Assembly (NCBI GenBank): GCA_016186995.1
Contig: JACPKQ010000007.1
Location: forward strand, 52,226-116,225
Length of the DNA: 64,000 nucleotides
Direction: 5' to 3'
Origin: Deltaproteobacteria bacterium
Lineage (GTDB): Bacteria > Bdellovibrionota > JACOXK01
How positions within the stretch are numbered: the first letter of the stretch is position 1; each line of letters opens with the position of its first letter. The notes below the pieces were generated by a model that ran no database searches, was not told the origin of the DNA, and saw only the letters and a program-made list of their open reading frames with translations. The position numbers and the translations under genes were made by a program. Of the stretch, positions 8,936 through 17,537 are shown piece after piece.

Positions 8936-10429
8936 ATGAAGTATTTTAATAAATTAAGCCTTTTAACCAAAATCTCGCTGGTTGTGAGCTTTGCTATTAT
9001 TGTCATAGAAGTGATGATTGCCATTCCGTCCGTGATCAAGAGAAAAAAGGATGTATTTTTGCGTCATCATCATTTTAATTTTAGTCTTCTTCATACCATT
9101 CACAAACCCCTGATTCATTATCTAGATTCAAATCGAATAGTGGATAGTAAAATGCTCATGGATATGTTTCGTGTGCATGTCGAGGTTGGATTTAAAGAAT
9201 ATGCTATTACAGATCAATCGGGAAATCTTCTGGTCTCCTTATATAAAAAGACTTCATTTCATACCCAGAAAATTGATTATGATCTGACAGAGAACGAAAA
9301 TTTTTACTGGAAACACCTTAAGAAAAAAAATATGCTCATTTATAAATATAATATTACAAAAGAAAATAAACTCTTATATTCGATTTATCTTTCTTATTCA
9401 GATGCTTATTTTTGGAAACAGGTATGGGTTTATACTGGAAGCGTTTTGCTTTTGATCACTCTCATTATTATTTTTACATCTGCTGGAATAGTATTGCTTC
9501 TGAATCCGATTATTATTAGCCCTATTAAAAGAATAGTCCTTGCTAATAAGAAAAAGGAATTTATTGAGAGGCATTTTTTCCCTGGTGATGAATTGGGGAG
9601 TATTATGGAATCTCGCCATGAGATGTTGGAACAGTTAAGAGAATATCAATCAAATCTGGAAGACAAAATTCAGGAAAATACAGAAACGCTCAATCAAGCT
9701 TATAGAAAATTACAGGTTTTAGATAAAGCTAAAGATGATTTTTTAGATCTTATATCACATGAAATGAGAACCCCTCTAACGCTTATTGAAAATACGTTTA
9801 CGTTGTTTAAAGAGCAGATTGTGAAAGGAAAACAACAAAGTCTTCACCTTTTAGATGTCGGTATTAAAAACAGCAAACGCCTCGAAAAATTGGCAGATTT
9901 ATCGATAGATATTGCTGCTCTGAATGAAGAAAAGTTTATGCCAAAGCAGGAAAGTATGAATCTCAATGAAATTATTTTAAGTGCGATTCTATCAATGCGC
10001 CCGCACGCTCATCAAAAAGGAATTGTTATTAAAGCAGATTCTTTAGAAGACGGGGTTTTAATCATGAGTGACAAAGAGAGATTGGTTAAAGTTATTAAGA
10101 CTGTTTTAGAAAACGCTATCCAGTTCAGCCCCCAGAATAAAAAAGTAATAATTGAAGAAGAGTTCAGAGAAAATAATGTTATTATTAAAATTCAGGATTT
10201 TGGAGCAGGTATTAAGGAAGACCTCAAACATCTTGTTTTTGAGCCCTTTGCTTCAATAGAAGATATTTTATCTCATACGAAAGGTTTAGGTTTAAGTCTT
10301 TTTTGGTGCAAAAAAGTGATGGGAGTTCTGGGAGGATCGATCTCTTTTGAAAGCAAAGAAGGACAGGGTGCTACCTTTTTTATTCAACTTCCCCTTCTTC
10401 AAGAATTAAAGCGGAACAAGGCTGCTTAG
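8936..10429 (+). CDS. Membrane sensor histidine kinase (2 TM segments, HAMP-like region, HisKA, HATPase_c)
   Basis: The H box is LISHEMRTPLT. The N, G1 and G2 boxes are in NAIQFS...IQDFGAGI...GLGLSLF. The N-terminal TM is LVVSFAIIVIEVMIAIPSV and the second TM is VLLLITLIIIFTSAGIVLLL. Confidence 0.85.
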   Translation: MKYFNKLSLLTKISLVVSFAIIVIEVMIAIPSVIKRKKDVFLRHHHFNFSLLHTIHKPLIHYLDSNRIVDSKMLMDMFRVHVEVGFKEYAITDQSGNLLVSLYKKTSFHTQKIDYDLTENENFYWKHLKKKNMLIYKYNITKENKLLYSIYLSYSDAYFWKQVWVYTGSVLLLITLIIIFTSAGIVLLLNPIIISPIKRIVLANKKKEFIERHFFPGDELGSIMESRHEMLEQLREYQSNLEDKIQENTETLNQAYRKLQVLDKAKDDFLDLISHEMRTPLTLIENTFTLFKEQIVKGKQQSLHLLDVGIKNSKRLEKLADLSIDIAALNEEKFMPKQESMNLNEIILSAILSMRPHAHQKGIVIKADSLEDGVLIMSDKERLVKVIKTVLENAIQFSPQNKKVIIEEEFRENNVIIKIQDFGAGIKEDLKHLVFEPFASIEDILSHTKGLGLSLFWCKKVMGVLGGSISFESKEGQGATFFIQLPLLQELKRNKAA

Positions 10430-10447
10430 AGTTGCAGTTGGATAGTG

Positions 10448-12064
10448 TCAATGGATCAGCGCGCAGACTTTCCATGTAGAATCATAGCGCTTGAGATGAA
10501 TAAGAACTTTGTTTTTTGGAAATGACAGTATGGCTCTGTCGGGTGAAATAAGACGAAAGCGCCCGAATTGAAGTAGCGCATCAGCCGTCATATTCGAGGG
10601 GACAACTTTTCGAAAAAAATGAGAGAGTTCATTCGCAATAACATTTCTTCTGGAGAGGCTTTCTTGATGAACACTGTCCAGATAGCGCTGCCTTTTTTTT
10701 CTCTTAACTTCTTCTCGTGAAGTTTCACCCAGTCGATTTAACATCTGAAGCCTTTGTTTCCATTGAAGCAGATTTTGTGTGAGTGTCATGTGCTCTTGTT
10801 GTGTCAGGTTGTTTTTTAACAAATTTTCGATCTGAGAAATCTTGCTCTGACACAACCTTAAATCATTTTCCAACTGATCAAAGTGTTGGTCCACCTGCGC
10901 TTCCATCTCTTGAATTTTTTCTTGTACCGTTTTTGTTTCTGAAAATGCCAGTGGAAACCCATCCAGCTGAATAAAGAGTTCATCTATGGCAACAAATTGA
11001 TCTATAGTGTTAGCATGTAAATGTTCCTTTTGGAGAATGGATAAAAATTTTGTAGAATCGTTTTTTGCCTCTGCACGCAAAGCTTCTTTTTCTTCCAAAG
11101 AAAGTGTATCAAGCGCTTTTTTCCCCTCATCCACTCTCAGACGGCTTACTTCGGTAATTTTGCGAATTATTTTTTCATTTTCATCCCTGATTTGAACGAC
11201 CCCATTGCATTCTTGAACAACTGTGAGTGGGAATAATGAAGGCATCAATGAAAAAACAAAAGTCTTTTCGTTTGCCGCTGTCCCTTCAAATTCAAAGACT
11301 TCCACAGATAGTTTTTTCTTCTCCGCAAGATGATGAACGAAGATGGAATCTAATTTAATCGTTTTAATAGAGAGAAAACTTTTAATGTTTATTTTGGGAT
11401 AGATCTTCCAATCAATAGAAACTTTTTGGGGTTCCTTTTGCCCGGATTTTATCACTTCAAGATCAACAGAAGATTCATGGACTTTTGTCACCTTGATGAC
11501 TTCTCTATAGGGTCGATCTTCGGAGATCTCATATATTACATAATCTCCTTCTTGAACGCCCCCCCATAAATATTCTTTTGAATATTCGAAAGGATAAGAG
11601 ACAGAATCTTTCACATCTTCTTGATGTGTCACAACCTCAATATGTTCTATGGAGCGAAAAATTTCTGCCATGCGAAGATCCGCTTTTAAAAAGCTCTCTT
11701 CAGCCACAACATAGCCACTTAAAATGGCTCCACCGTCTGTAACCACCGCGGCTGCCAATAGGGGTTGGGTGACATCTTTTTCCACAATTTTAAGAGAAGA
11801 AAGATCTTGAAATTCAATTTGAATAAAATCAGCCTCTGATATTTTTTCAAAATCCACATCTCTTGAATAATAGAGACGAATGGGCGAAACAGATTTTTGT
11901 TCAACATCGAAACGAATTATTTTTTGTTCTTCTTGAGGATCTTTCGGTTTTTGAAAAGAGATCTCTACATCATACTGGCCTTCATTAAGAGTTGCTGAAT
12001 ATAAATTTACGGGGACCACAGATAGTGCGCACAATAGTGTCATGAAAAGGACATTCATCGCCAT
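10448..12064 (-). CDS. Secreted coiled-coil protein of unknown function
   Basis: Signal peptide MAMNVLFMTLLCALSVVPVNLYSA. A long Glu/Gln/Leu-rich heptad region lies in the C-terminal half. Confidence 0.4.
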   Translation of the reverse strand: MAMNVLFMTLLCALSVVPVNLYSATLNEGQYDVEISFQKPKDPQEEQKIIRFDVEQKSVSPIRLYYSRDVDFEKISEADFIQIEFQDLSSLKIVEKDVTQPLLAAAVVTDGGAILSGYVVAEESFLKADLRMAEIFRSIEHIEVVTHQEDVKDSVSYPFEYSKEYLWGGVQEGDYVIYEISEDRPYREVIKVTKVHESSVDLEVIKSGQKEPQKVSIDWKIYPKINIKSFLSIKTIKLDSIFVHHLAEKKKLSVEVFEFEGTAANEKTFVFSLMPSLFPLTVVQECNGVVQIRDENEKIIRKITEVSRLRVDEGKKALDTLSLEEKEALRAEAKNDSTKFLSILQKEHLHANTIDQFVAIDELFIQLDGFPLAFSETKTVQEKIQEMEAQVDQHFDQLENDLRLCQSKISQIENLLKNNLTQQEHMTLTQNLLQWKQRLQMLNRLGETSREEVKRKKRQRYLDSVHQESLSRRNVIANELSHFFRKVVPSNMTADALLQFGRFRLISPDRAILSFPKNKVLIHLKRYDSTWKVCALIH

Positions 12065-12204
12065 CTTTATAATCTGTCAAAAAAATTTAGCAATATGAAA
12101 AAATTTCATTGTTTTTTAATCCGTTAGTAAAACTTATTCATTTGAAAAAAACACTATATACTTGATGTCATTGAAAAATTATTTTTTTGACTGTTTTGCT
12201 TAAA

Positions 12205-12220
12205 TGGCACAATCATTGCT
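12205..12220 (+). promoter_or_regulatory. Sigma-54 (RpoN) -24/-12 promoter, TGGCAC-N5-TTGC
   Basis: tGGCACaatcaTTGCt matches the TGGCACG-N4-TTGCW consensus exactly. It lies 55 bp upstream of the GTG start at 12275. Confidence 0.6.
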
Positions 12221-12274
12221 AGTCTGCCTTCGTGGAAACGCCTATTGTAATTTCTGAAAAAATGAGGGGGTAAC

Positions 12275-13582
12275 GTGAAAAAAGTTTTCTTTCAAATCTC
12301 AATGATGCTTTATGTTTCATTAACATTTGTGGGCTGCAACTGGTTTGACAACGATGATTCTAATGATGCTCCTTTTTTATCCACCTTGGGAGGTATTGCA
12401 AGCAGAATACATGATATGCCCCATCCATTTTCTCAGATTAAAACCACAAATGTGAATAACAATGAAATTTTTATAAAAGGCACTGTCAGTCCAGATGGGA
12501 GTACTTTTGAAGATAGGGCTTATAAGTATAAAGATCAAGGTAACGAATATGTTGAGATCAATTTTGCAAGCTCCAGAGAGGATCTTGGAAATGGCAGACA
12601 ACAATTCAGTCAAACGTTGGTATCCGGTCCGGGAGGACCTGTTGTGCCCACGGACTCTGTGCTGATTATTGGCGGAATTACATCGAAGGGTATTTCCAAT
12701 ACAGCTGAATTTTATAATCCCTCTGAAAATGTGATTAAATCTTTAGGGAATTTAAAAGTTGCTCGTTACGGCCACACCGTCACTGAGATCAAAAATTCAG
12801 GGACACCCTTAGATGGACAGTTTTTGGTCGTGGGGGGAATGGGAGTGGGTCAAGGCCTTGTAAGAAATGAGTTGGTTTCAACGATTGAATTGTTTGATCC
12901 TATGACAGGAACCTTTAGCGTTTTAAATGCCCAACTCAAAGTTGGTCGTGAGCAACACACGGCTACGCGTTTGGCAGATGGTCGTGTTCTCATTACAGGC
13001 GGACGAACCTCTAGTGGCGTGAGCAATTCGGGGGAAATTTTTGATCCGGCGACAGCGACATTTACTGAGATTCCCAATGCAATGGCGGATGAACGTGTTT
13101 TTCATACAGCACTCTATTTAGATAATAAAACTCCTACTGATTCAGCAGATGATGCTGTTTTGCTCGCGGGCGGTCAGGATTCCATGGGTTTGGTTAATGA
13201 CTCTGCTGATTTTTTTAATCCTGCAACAGGACTTTTTCAACCGGTCAATAGCATGATTCCGCAGCCCATTTATCAGCATGCTGCCACAGCACTTCCTGCA
13301 ACTTCACCGCATGATGCTGTTTTGACGGGGGGGATGACAAAAATGCCAACCTTTGACGAAAGTTCATCAGGAGTGACTTTACATATCACAAATCAGGTTG
13401 TTGTCTTTGATTACACACATACATCGGCTGGCCCTGACGGATTCTTCACGCAAACCAGAGATATGCTCAAAAAAAGAGCCATGCACAGCACCGATTCTAT
13501 GGGAACCAATAAACTTGTGATTTTGGGGGGTGTCGATGAAACTGCCCTTGCTCACACGACAGGTGAAGAGTACGGATTTTAA
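12275..13582 (+). CDS. Kelch / galactose-oxidase-like beta-propeller lipoprotein
   Basis: The lipobox LTFVGC follows a signal peptide. Six blades are recognisable by LIIGGITSKG, FLVVGGMGVGQG, VLITGGRTSSG, VLLAGGQDSMG, VLTGGMTKMP and LVILGGVDE. Confidence 0.6.
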   Translation: MKKVFFQISMMLYVSLTFVGCNWFDNDDSNDAPFLSTLGGIASRIHDMPHPFSQIKTTNVNNNEIFIKGTVSPDGSTFEDRAYKYKDQGNEYVEINFASSREDLGNGRQQFSQTLVSGPGGPVVPTDSVLIIGGITSKGISNTAEFYNPSENVIKSLGNLKVARYGHTVTEIKNSGTPLDGQFLVVGGMGVGQGLVRNELVSTIELFDPMTGTFSVLNAQLKVGREQHTATRLADGRVLITGGRTSSGVSNSGEIFDPATATFTEIPNAMADERVFHTALYLDNKTPTDSADDAVLLAGGQDSMGLVNDSADFFNPATGLFQPVNSMIPQPIYQHAATALPATSPHDAVLTGGMTKMPTFDESSSGVTLHITNQVVVFDYTHTSAGPDGFFTQTRDMLKKRAMHSTDSMGTNKLVILGGVDETALAHTTGEEYGF

Positions 13583-13682
13583 ATCTTAAGCGAATCTGCT
13601 TTTTATAAATATGACATAGATCATATTATTTCACCTACATGAGCGTACGATTTATAAATCGTTTTCTTTTATTGAGGAGATA

Positions 13683-15353
13683 TTGTTGTTGAAAAAGACG
13701 CGGAGTTTATTAATCACTTTTTCCGGTTATCCTTACACTCCTTCAAGTTTCTTACCTGATAACGGTTTAGCCAATTTAGCCGCATGTTTGAAAGAGGCGG
13801 GACACCAAACCTTAATACTGGACTTTAATACGCCACACACCATGGAAGGTCTTGTCAGTGATGAATGGAAAGAAATAAATCAGCACATTGTAGATGACAT
13901 CTCACAATGGTCCTCCAAAAATACGTCATTTTCAGGAATTCATAAAAAACTAAACAAAATTGATCAGTTATTAACACAAGGTTTTAAGCACATTGCTCAT
14001 CAGATCTGTCAGACTATCGAAAAGGAAAAAATTGATTGGGTTGGGTTGAAAGTATGGAATGGTGATGGCTATACGGCTTCATGCGTCATTGCTAAAATGA
14101 TCAAAAAGAATTTTAAAAATATGCCTATTCTTGCCGGAGGCCCTCAGATCGACTGGTTTGGCCCATTTTTCTTAGAAGTCTCTCCCCATTTTGACTTTGC
14201 TGCATTTGGAGAAGGTGAGCCCACCGTTGTTGCCTTTGCAGAAATGGTATTAGGTCAAAGAAAATTATCTGAGGTTCCAAATCTTTATTATCGTAAAGGT
14301 AAAAAAATTCAGCAAACGCAGGTTGTTCGTGTAAAAAACTTAGATACTATTCCAACGGCTTGTTATGATGAAGATGTTTATCCAGCTCTTTACACTAATC
14401 AAAAAATCAATATTGGTATTTTAGAAGAAAGCCGAGGATGTCCTATTCAGTGTTATTTTTGTGAACACCCAATCAAATCAGGAGCTGTTTTACGCAAGAA
14501 GTCTATTGCAAGAGTTATTGAGGATGTAAAAAATTTTCAAAAAACTCCTGGGTTCCAAGCATATAAATTGGCAGGTTCCTTCACCCCTTCAAAACACATT
14601 CAACAAATAGCAAAAGCTTTATTAGATTTGCCATTTCCAATACAGTATGTGGCTTTTGGCCATCTCAAAGATAGTGGCAACGATTTCGATCTCTTAAAAC
14701 GCTCAGGATGTGTTGCTCTTTTCTTCGGGTTGGAAACGGGAAGTGACCTGATTTTAGATAGTAAAATGAAAAAAGGCTATGAAAGACAACAAGCACTGAA
14801 AGCCCTTAAGGACTGTAAGAATGCAGGTATATTTTCGATCACAAGCATCATTTATCCTTCTGCCGGAGAAACTGAGGAATCCAGACAAGCCACTCTGGAT
14901 TTTATAGAAGAAATTCAGCCAGATTCCATTCCATGTCACTTTCCCATTATTTTACCTCGTACCCGGTGGTGTTTAGAGCCCGAACGATTTGGGTTTTCTT
15001 TTAATGCCCCCTATCATCATATGAAGGATTATCTTTCATTTTTTATTAATTATAAGCCTCGGCTTTTATATCCTCCGGAATTTTGGCCACCTCTGCCGTA
15101 CAAAATTGATGATAAACCTTTTTCGGTGTTTGCGAAGGAAACTTCAAAAATGACACAAACATTGGAAGACAGGGGGCATCTGACATTAATGTCAGATGAG
15201 GTTATGCTTATAGGAAAGCACTCTCAAAAACCATTCAATCACTTTAGAGATGAGTGTCGAAAAGCTCTTTTCTATGGTGATTCACAGAAATTAAAAACGC
15301 TTGTGTCAGATGTTAATTCGAGCCTTAAGCAAATGAAATGTACGATCCCGTAA
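13683..15353 (+). CDS. B12-binding-domain radical SAM enzyme (class B radical SAM)
   Basis: The N-terminal Rossmann-like B12-binding region is LAACLKEAGHQTLILDF. The radical SAM motif CPIQCYFC is Cx3Cx2C. TTG start with GAGGAG RBS. Confidence 0.75.
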   Translation: MLLKKTRSLLITFSGYPYTPSSFLPDNGLANLAACLKEAGHQTLILDFNTPHTMEGLVSDEWKEINQHIVDDISQWSSKNTSFSGIHKKLNKIDQLLTQGFKHIAHQICQTIEKEKIDWVGLKVWNGDGYTASCVIAKMIKKNFKNMPILAGGPQIDWFGPFFLEVSPHFDFAAFGEGEPTVVAFAEMVLGQRKLSEVPNLYYRKGKKIQQTQVVRVKNLDTIPTACYDEDVYPALYTNQKINIGILEESRGCPIQCYFCEHPIKSGAVLRKKSIARVIEDVKNFQKTPGFQAYKLAGSFTPSKHIQQIAKALLDLPFPIQYVAFGHLKDSGNDFDLLKRSGCVALFFGLETGSDLILDSKMKKGYERQQALKALKDCKNAGIFSITSIIYPSAGETEESRQATLDFIEEIQPDSIPCHFPIILPRTRWCLEPERFGFSFNAPYHHMKDYLSFFINYKPRLLYPPEFWPPLPYKIDDKPFSVFAKETSKMTQTLEDRGHLTLMSDEVMLIGKHSQKPFNHFRDECRKALFYGDSQKLKTLVSDVNSSLKQMKCTIP

Positions 15354-15617
15354 TGTCTCAAGGGTTTGAAAGTGAGCTAAATCATCTTCAGCCTCTAATG
15401 AGATAGGTATATTAAACTTGCTATCTACTTTTTCTTCCACCGCGGTGATAATATCGACAAGATCTAAAGAATCGATTGTTTTCTTGGGGCCAAATAATTC
15501 AGTATCAAGGGATTTTTGGAGTTTACTTCCTTCAAAACTGTTTTCATTGAACTCATCCACCACATCATAAATGAGCTGTGTCAAACTTTCTTTAGTGAAA
15601 TTCGAAAATTTAGCCAT
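15306..15617 (-). CDS. Discrete acyl carrier protein
   Basis: MAKFSNFTKESLTQLIYDVVDEF...GPKKTIDSLDLVDIITAVEEKV contains the DSL phosphopantetheine-attachment Ser. RBS AAGGAAAG precedes the ATG at 15617. It is divergent from the KAS III gene. The 3' end overlaps the radical SAM gene by 48 nt. Confidence 0.65.
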   Translation of the reverse strand: MAKFSNFTKESLTQLIYDVVDEFNENSFEGSKLQKSLDTELFGPKKTIDSLDLVDIITAVEEKVDSKFNIPISLEAEDDLAHFQTLETLRDRTFHLLKARINI

Positions 15618-15710
15618 ATCTTCTTTCCTTTTTTTTAAATATTTTAACACGCACTTAATATTGACGCAATTTTATTTATATGAAAAAGTCTCCAAGAGAA
15701 GGTTATTGTT

Positions 15711-16721
15711 GTGAATATAAAAATTAAAGCAATAGAATATTATTTGCCTGAAAAAACACTCAGTAATTGCGAGCTCGACAAAGAAAACCCTAGCTGGAGA
15801 ATGAAAACAGTTGAAGCTCGAACCGGTATTTTAAAGCGCCACATAGCAACGGAAGATGAAACAGCTTTAGACCTTGCTTTTAAAGCCTGTCAAAAGCTAT
15901 TTGAAAAACATGATGGTCTTCGACATCAGATTGACGGCATTCTCTTTTGCACACAAAGCCCTGATTACGTCATGCCTCAAAATGCATGTATCTTACACAA
16001 ACTTTTAGAATTACCTGAAAATACATTTGCTGTGGATATTAACATGGCATGTTCAGGGTATATCTACACTTTAAGTATTGCACGCGGATTAATTCACACG
16101 GGAATAGCCCACAATGTTCTGCTCATAAATGCTGACACTTATTCCAAATATATTCATGATAAGGATCGAGCCACACGCGTCATTTTTGGAGATGGGGGTG
16201 CTGTTTCTTGGATCACTTCTGCCGAATCTCACGAAGGTATTATCGATATGCAATGTGCTACGTCTGGAGCAAATTATGATAAATTTATGATCAAAGCAGG
16301 CGCTTGTCGTATACCCAAATCAGAAGAGACATCTGTGCCAACAACGGATAGCTCAGGAAATGTTCACACAATGGAAACCATTGAAATGGATGGAGCTGGA
16401 ATATTAAAATTTGTTTCTGAAAAAGTGCCAAAACAAGTAGTATCAATTTTAGAGCGCAATAACTACACAATAGAAGATGTAGATTTATTTATCTTTCACC
16501 AAGCTAGTAAAATGGTCTTAGATTCTTTATCCCGATTATTGAGAATTAAAAAAGAAAAAGTTTTTTCCAATCTTCAAAACATAGGTAATACTGTTTCCGC
16601 ATCTATTCCCATTGCACTCAAAGATGCCATGGAGGAAGGAAAAATTTCAAAAGGGGATACTGTGTTAATTTCGGGCTTTGGAGTCGGCCTTTCATGGGGT
16701 ACTGCACTTATAAAAATATAA
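15711..16721 (+). CDS. 3-oxoacyl-ACP synthase III (FabH-like KAS III) family condensing enzyme
   Basis: The Cys-His-Asn triad context is present: NMACSGY (Cys), FHQASKM (the HQAN motif) and NIGNTVSASIPIAL (the GNTSAAS motif). GTG start. Confidence 0.8.
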   Translation: MNIKIKAIEYYLPEKTLSNCELDKENPSWRMKTVEARTGILKRHIATEDETALDLAFKACQKLFEKHDGLRHQIDGILFCTQSPDYVMPQNACILHKLLELPENTFAVDINMACSGYIYTLSIARGLIHTGIAHNVLLINADTYSKYIHDKDRATRVIFGDGGAVSWITSAESHEGIIDMQCATSGANYDKFMIKAGACRIPKSEETSVPTTDSSGNVHTMETIEMDGAGILKFVSEKVPKQVVSILERNNYTIEDVDLFIFHQASKMVLDSLSRLLRIKKEKVFSNLQNIGNTVSASIPIALKDAMEEGKISKGDTVLISGFGVGLSWGTALIKI

Positions 16722-16736
16722 AAGGAGAATAAGTCT

Positions 16737-17537
16737 ATGTTGACAAGAATTGCTGAAGACAAACAAGTGATGGATCATGTGGAATCGGTCAATGCTTACG
16801 ATGAAGGGGGCAAAAAGGGAAACCTTCTTCCCACGTATTATCTAGCCGCTGATATTATTTGTCAGTTGGCACCACAAGAGGGACACGCTGTGGATATTGC
16901 CTGCGGTAATGGGTTGCTTACTTTGACATTAGCACAATCTTTGCCCAACTTTAAATTTCTGGGATTAGAACTTTCTTCCACCATGCTTGAAAGAGCACAA
17001 GAAAATTCTAAATTATTTAACAAGCACGTTGAATTCACTCAAGCAAGCATGACTGACTTAAGTTCAATTCCTTCACATTCATCGGACTTAACACTGATCA
17101 CTTATGCTCTGCACCACACTGATTCAGAGAAAGATGCGCGAAGCATATTGTCTGAAATAAATCGCATTACAAAGAAAGACGGAGCTATTTTTATTATGGA
17201 TCTGATTCGTCCTCGAAGTCATATGATATATAAATTTATTTCAAAGGCACTTGGAACAAAAAATCCATATTTACAAAAAGACTTTGAAGCTTCTCTTAGA
17301 GCATCTTATAACACCTCAGAATTTCGAAGGCTCCTAGAATCCGCAGGTTTGACGAACCTGACATATCATCGTGATCTTATTTTACACATGGCTTTTAGAC
17401 CGCATCGCCAGGCTCAAAAAAACTCACCTGTTTTTTTCAATCAAGGTGAAAACTTACTTAAAACAAAAATGATTTACAACACATCAAGGCTTATTTTTAA
17501 CTTGAAGAAAAGGCTCCATCCACGATGGGAAGTGTAA
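16737..17537 (+). CDS. Class I SAM-dependent methyltransferase
   Basis: Motif I is AVDIACGNGLLT. Motif post-I is LGLELS. Motif II is IFIMDLI. Confidence 0.75.
   Translation: MLTRIAEDKQVMDHVESVNAYDEGGKKGNLLPTYYLAADIICQLAPQEGHAVDIACGNGLLTLTLAQSLPNFKFLGLELSSTMLERAQENSKLFNKHVEFTQASMTDLSSIPSHSSDLTLITYALHHTDSEKDARSILSEINRITKKDGAIFIMDLIRPRSHMIYKFISKALGTKNPYLQKDFEASLRASYNTSEFRRLLESAGLTNLTYHRDLILHMAFRPHRQAQKNSPVFFNQGENLLKTKMIYNTSRLIFNLKKRLHPRWEV

Noticed and set aside
15306-15650. Longer ACP ORF starting at 15650 (MLKYLKKRKED...)
   Set aside because: The internal ATG at 15617 has a proper RBS (AAGGAAAG) and gives an ACP-like N-terminus. The upstream extension is Lys-rich with no RBS.
16860-16880. 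TGGCAC occurrences at 16866, 48286 and 51982 as sigma-54 promoters
   Set aside because: Each lacks the GC/TTGC element at -12 with correct spacing. All three are inside coding sequence or a palindrome.
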